From the NCBI GenBank assembly GCA_046543235.1, contig JBKGZT010000001.1, positions 1-57,662 of the forward strand: a stretch of 57,662 nucleotides of DNA, written 5' to 3'. Of the stretch, positions 56,466 through 57,662 are shown in pieces. Numbering within the stretch: position 1 is the first letter of the stretch; the number at the start of each line of letters is the position of its first letter. The translations under genes were made by a program, and so were the position numbers. This stretch comes from Candidatus Acetothermia bacterium. GTDB lineage: Bacteria; Bipolaricaulota; Bipolaricaulia; M55B111. The notes beneath the pieces were generated by a model. The model was not told the DNA's origin. It saw only the letters and a program-made list of their open reading frames with translations, and searched no databases.

Positions 56466-57552
56466 GTGATACGGTTGGAAAGAATATCCGAACTGAGAGA
56501 TCAACTCGAAGAAATAGGTGATTACCTTTGACCTGGAGGAACTGGAGGAGGAACTGGAGGATCTGCGGAGGGAAATGAACGAGCCCGACTTTTGGGATAA
56601 TCCTCAATTGGCCCGAAAGAAATCGAAACTGGCGAACAGGAAAGAGGAAAGGATAGAGGGTTTCCGTGAGATGAGAGAAGAGCTGGAGGACGTGGAGGTG
56701 TTGTACGAGCTCGCGGATGAAGAAGAAAACGAGTCGGAACTAGAGGCTATTGAAGAAAGGCTGGATCAGCTATCGGACAGGATGGATTCCTTCCAGCTGG
56801 AACTATTCATGGACGGTGATTTCGACGAGGAAAACTGTTATCTGGAAATAAACGCAGGAGCGGGAGGAACGGACGCTCAGGACTGGGCGGGAATGCTTAT
56901 GCGGATGTATACCAGGTGGCTCGAGCGGAAGGGGTTTTCCTACGATTCTCTCGGGATTAGTGAGGGAGAAGAGGCAGGGATAAAAAGCGTGACCTTCGAC
57001 GTCGAGGGCGACTGGGCCTACGGTTACCTGAAGGGTGAGGCTGGAGTCCACAGGCTGGTGAGGATATCCCCGTTCGACTCGGCGGGCAGGAGACATACGT
57101 CTTTTGCTTCGGTAAACGTGACTCCCCAGTTCGAGGACGACGTAGAGGTGGATTTGGACGAAAACGACCTGAGGATCGATACCTTCCGGGCCAGCGGTGC
57201 AGGCGGGCAGCACGTTAATGTCACGGACTCGGCTGTAAGGATAACTCATGAACCTACCGGGCTGGTTGCCACCTGCCAGAACGAGCGGAGCCAGCACAAG
57301 AACAGGGAGACGGCCATGCAAATACTCCGGTCGCGGCTCTACCAACTCAAAATGGAAAAACGGGCGGAGAAAATAGAGGAAATTCAGGGAGAGCTGAAGG
57401 AAATCGAATGGGGGAGCCAGATCCGTTCTTATGTACTCCATCCTTACCAGAAGATCAAGGACCACAGAACGGAGGTAGAGGTAGGAGATACCGAATCGGT
57501 TCTGGATGGGGAGATCGACCCATTTGTCCAGGCATACCTCAAGGAGAAATAA
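56466..57552 (+). CDS. prfB: Peptide chain release factor 2, requiring a programmed +1 frameshift at 56529
   Basis: Frame 0 encodes (V)ITLERISELRDQLEEIGDYL and then TGA. The +1 frame continues DLEELEEELEDLRREMNEPDFWDN... with SPF (RISPFDS) and GGQ (SGAGGQHVN) motifs. The frame-0 start is uncertain (GTG 56466 or TTG 56475). Effective coordinates: join(56466..56528,56530..57552). Confidence 0.88.
56516..56532 (+). promoter_or_regulatory. prfB +1 frameshift site with internal Shine-Dalgarno
   Basis: AGGTGAT (56516-56522), a 3-nt spacer tac, then CTT TGA C (56526-56532). Same architecture as the E. coli AGGGGG uau CUU UGA C site. Confidence 0.85.
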
Positions 57553-57553
57553 T

Positions 57554-57576
57554 CCGGGTGAGCCCCGGTATTATTT
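57554..57576 (+). terminator. Possible weak intrinsic terminator after prfB
   Basis: ccggg tgagc cccgg hairpin (5 GC pairs) followed by the T-rich tattattta. Confidence 0.35.
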
Positions 57577-57662
57577 ACCGTCGAGGGGAATTTCCGGGTC
57601 CTAATTTGAGTATTTCATTTTAACTCATTCTGCCGACCCTGTAATAAAAGAGTTGAGTTTAC

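Noticed and set aside
1-57662. Search for CRISPR arrays, transposases or integrases, toxin-antitoxin pairs, restriction-modification or other defence and accessory modules.
   Set aside because: No periodic repeat-spacer structure was seen. I found no ORF with transposase, integrase, nuclease-toxin or methyltransferase-restriction hallmarks. Apart from a few uncharacterised proteins (95-997, 5217-5855, 20191-21204, 50092-50595), every sizeable ORF is assignable to a housekeeping family, and gene order follows conserved core synteny.

Overview
This 57.7 kb window is core chromosome from a bacterium with Glu/Lys/Arg-rich proteins and purine-rich sense strands, which suggests an uncultivated lineage. 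I see no CRISPR array, transposase, integrase, prophage or recognisable defence or accessory island. The centre (24.2-46.8 kb, + strand) is a nearly canonical rpoC / str / S10 / spc / alpha ribosomal superoperon: rpoC, rpsL, rpsG, fusA, rpsJ through rplQ, including secY, adk, map, infA and an untracked rpmJ. Three expected genes are missing from it: rpoB upstream of rpoC, tuf after fusA, and rpmD between rpsE and rplO. The flanks are housekeeping genes. Upstream are rplI, murJ, a tRNA-Gln/tRNA-Glu pair, ftsH, dxr, a MEMO-like gene, yicC, gmk, acpS, plsY, rpsA, plsC, cmk, ispE, era, deoC, recO, hpf and pcrA/uvrD. Downstream are an HD hydrolase, ftsX, an ftsE-like gene, prmC, a PD40 lipoprotein, ispD, secG, oppD/oppF-like ATPases, rdgB, fxsA, comEC and prfB. 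Many ORF-track starts needed trimming, and one (prmC) needed extending. Items worth a second look: (1) an FtsE homologue in which every ATPase motif is degenerate, sitting in a prmC-ftsE-ftsX-HD operon; (2) a 1657-aa beta-prime with several lineage-specific insertions, detached from rpoB and preceded by a 420-bp AT-rich non-coding region carrying a phased 10-bp direct repeat; (3) prfB with the classic CTT TGA C +1 frameshift site; (4) prmC, whose conserved N-terminal domain has no canonical start codon (probable CTG start); (5) a ~140-nt extended hairpin in a convergent intergenic gap, a candidate structured RNA; (6) an S11 lacking its conserved C-terminal tail; (7) a ThiI/MnmA-like protein with a degenerate PP-loop. 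I found no convincing evidence for a wholly new multi-gene system. All homology calls rest on motif recognition by eye, not on searches.
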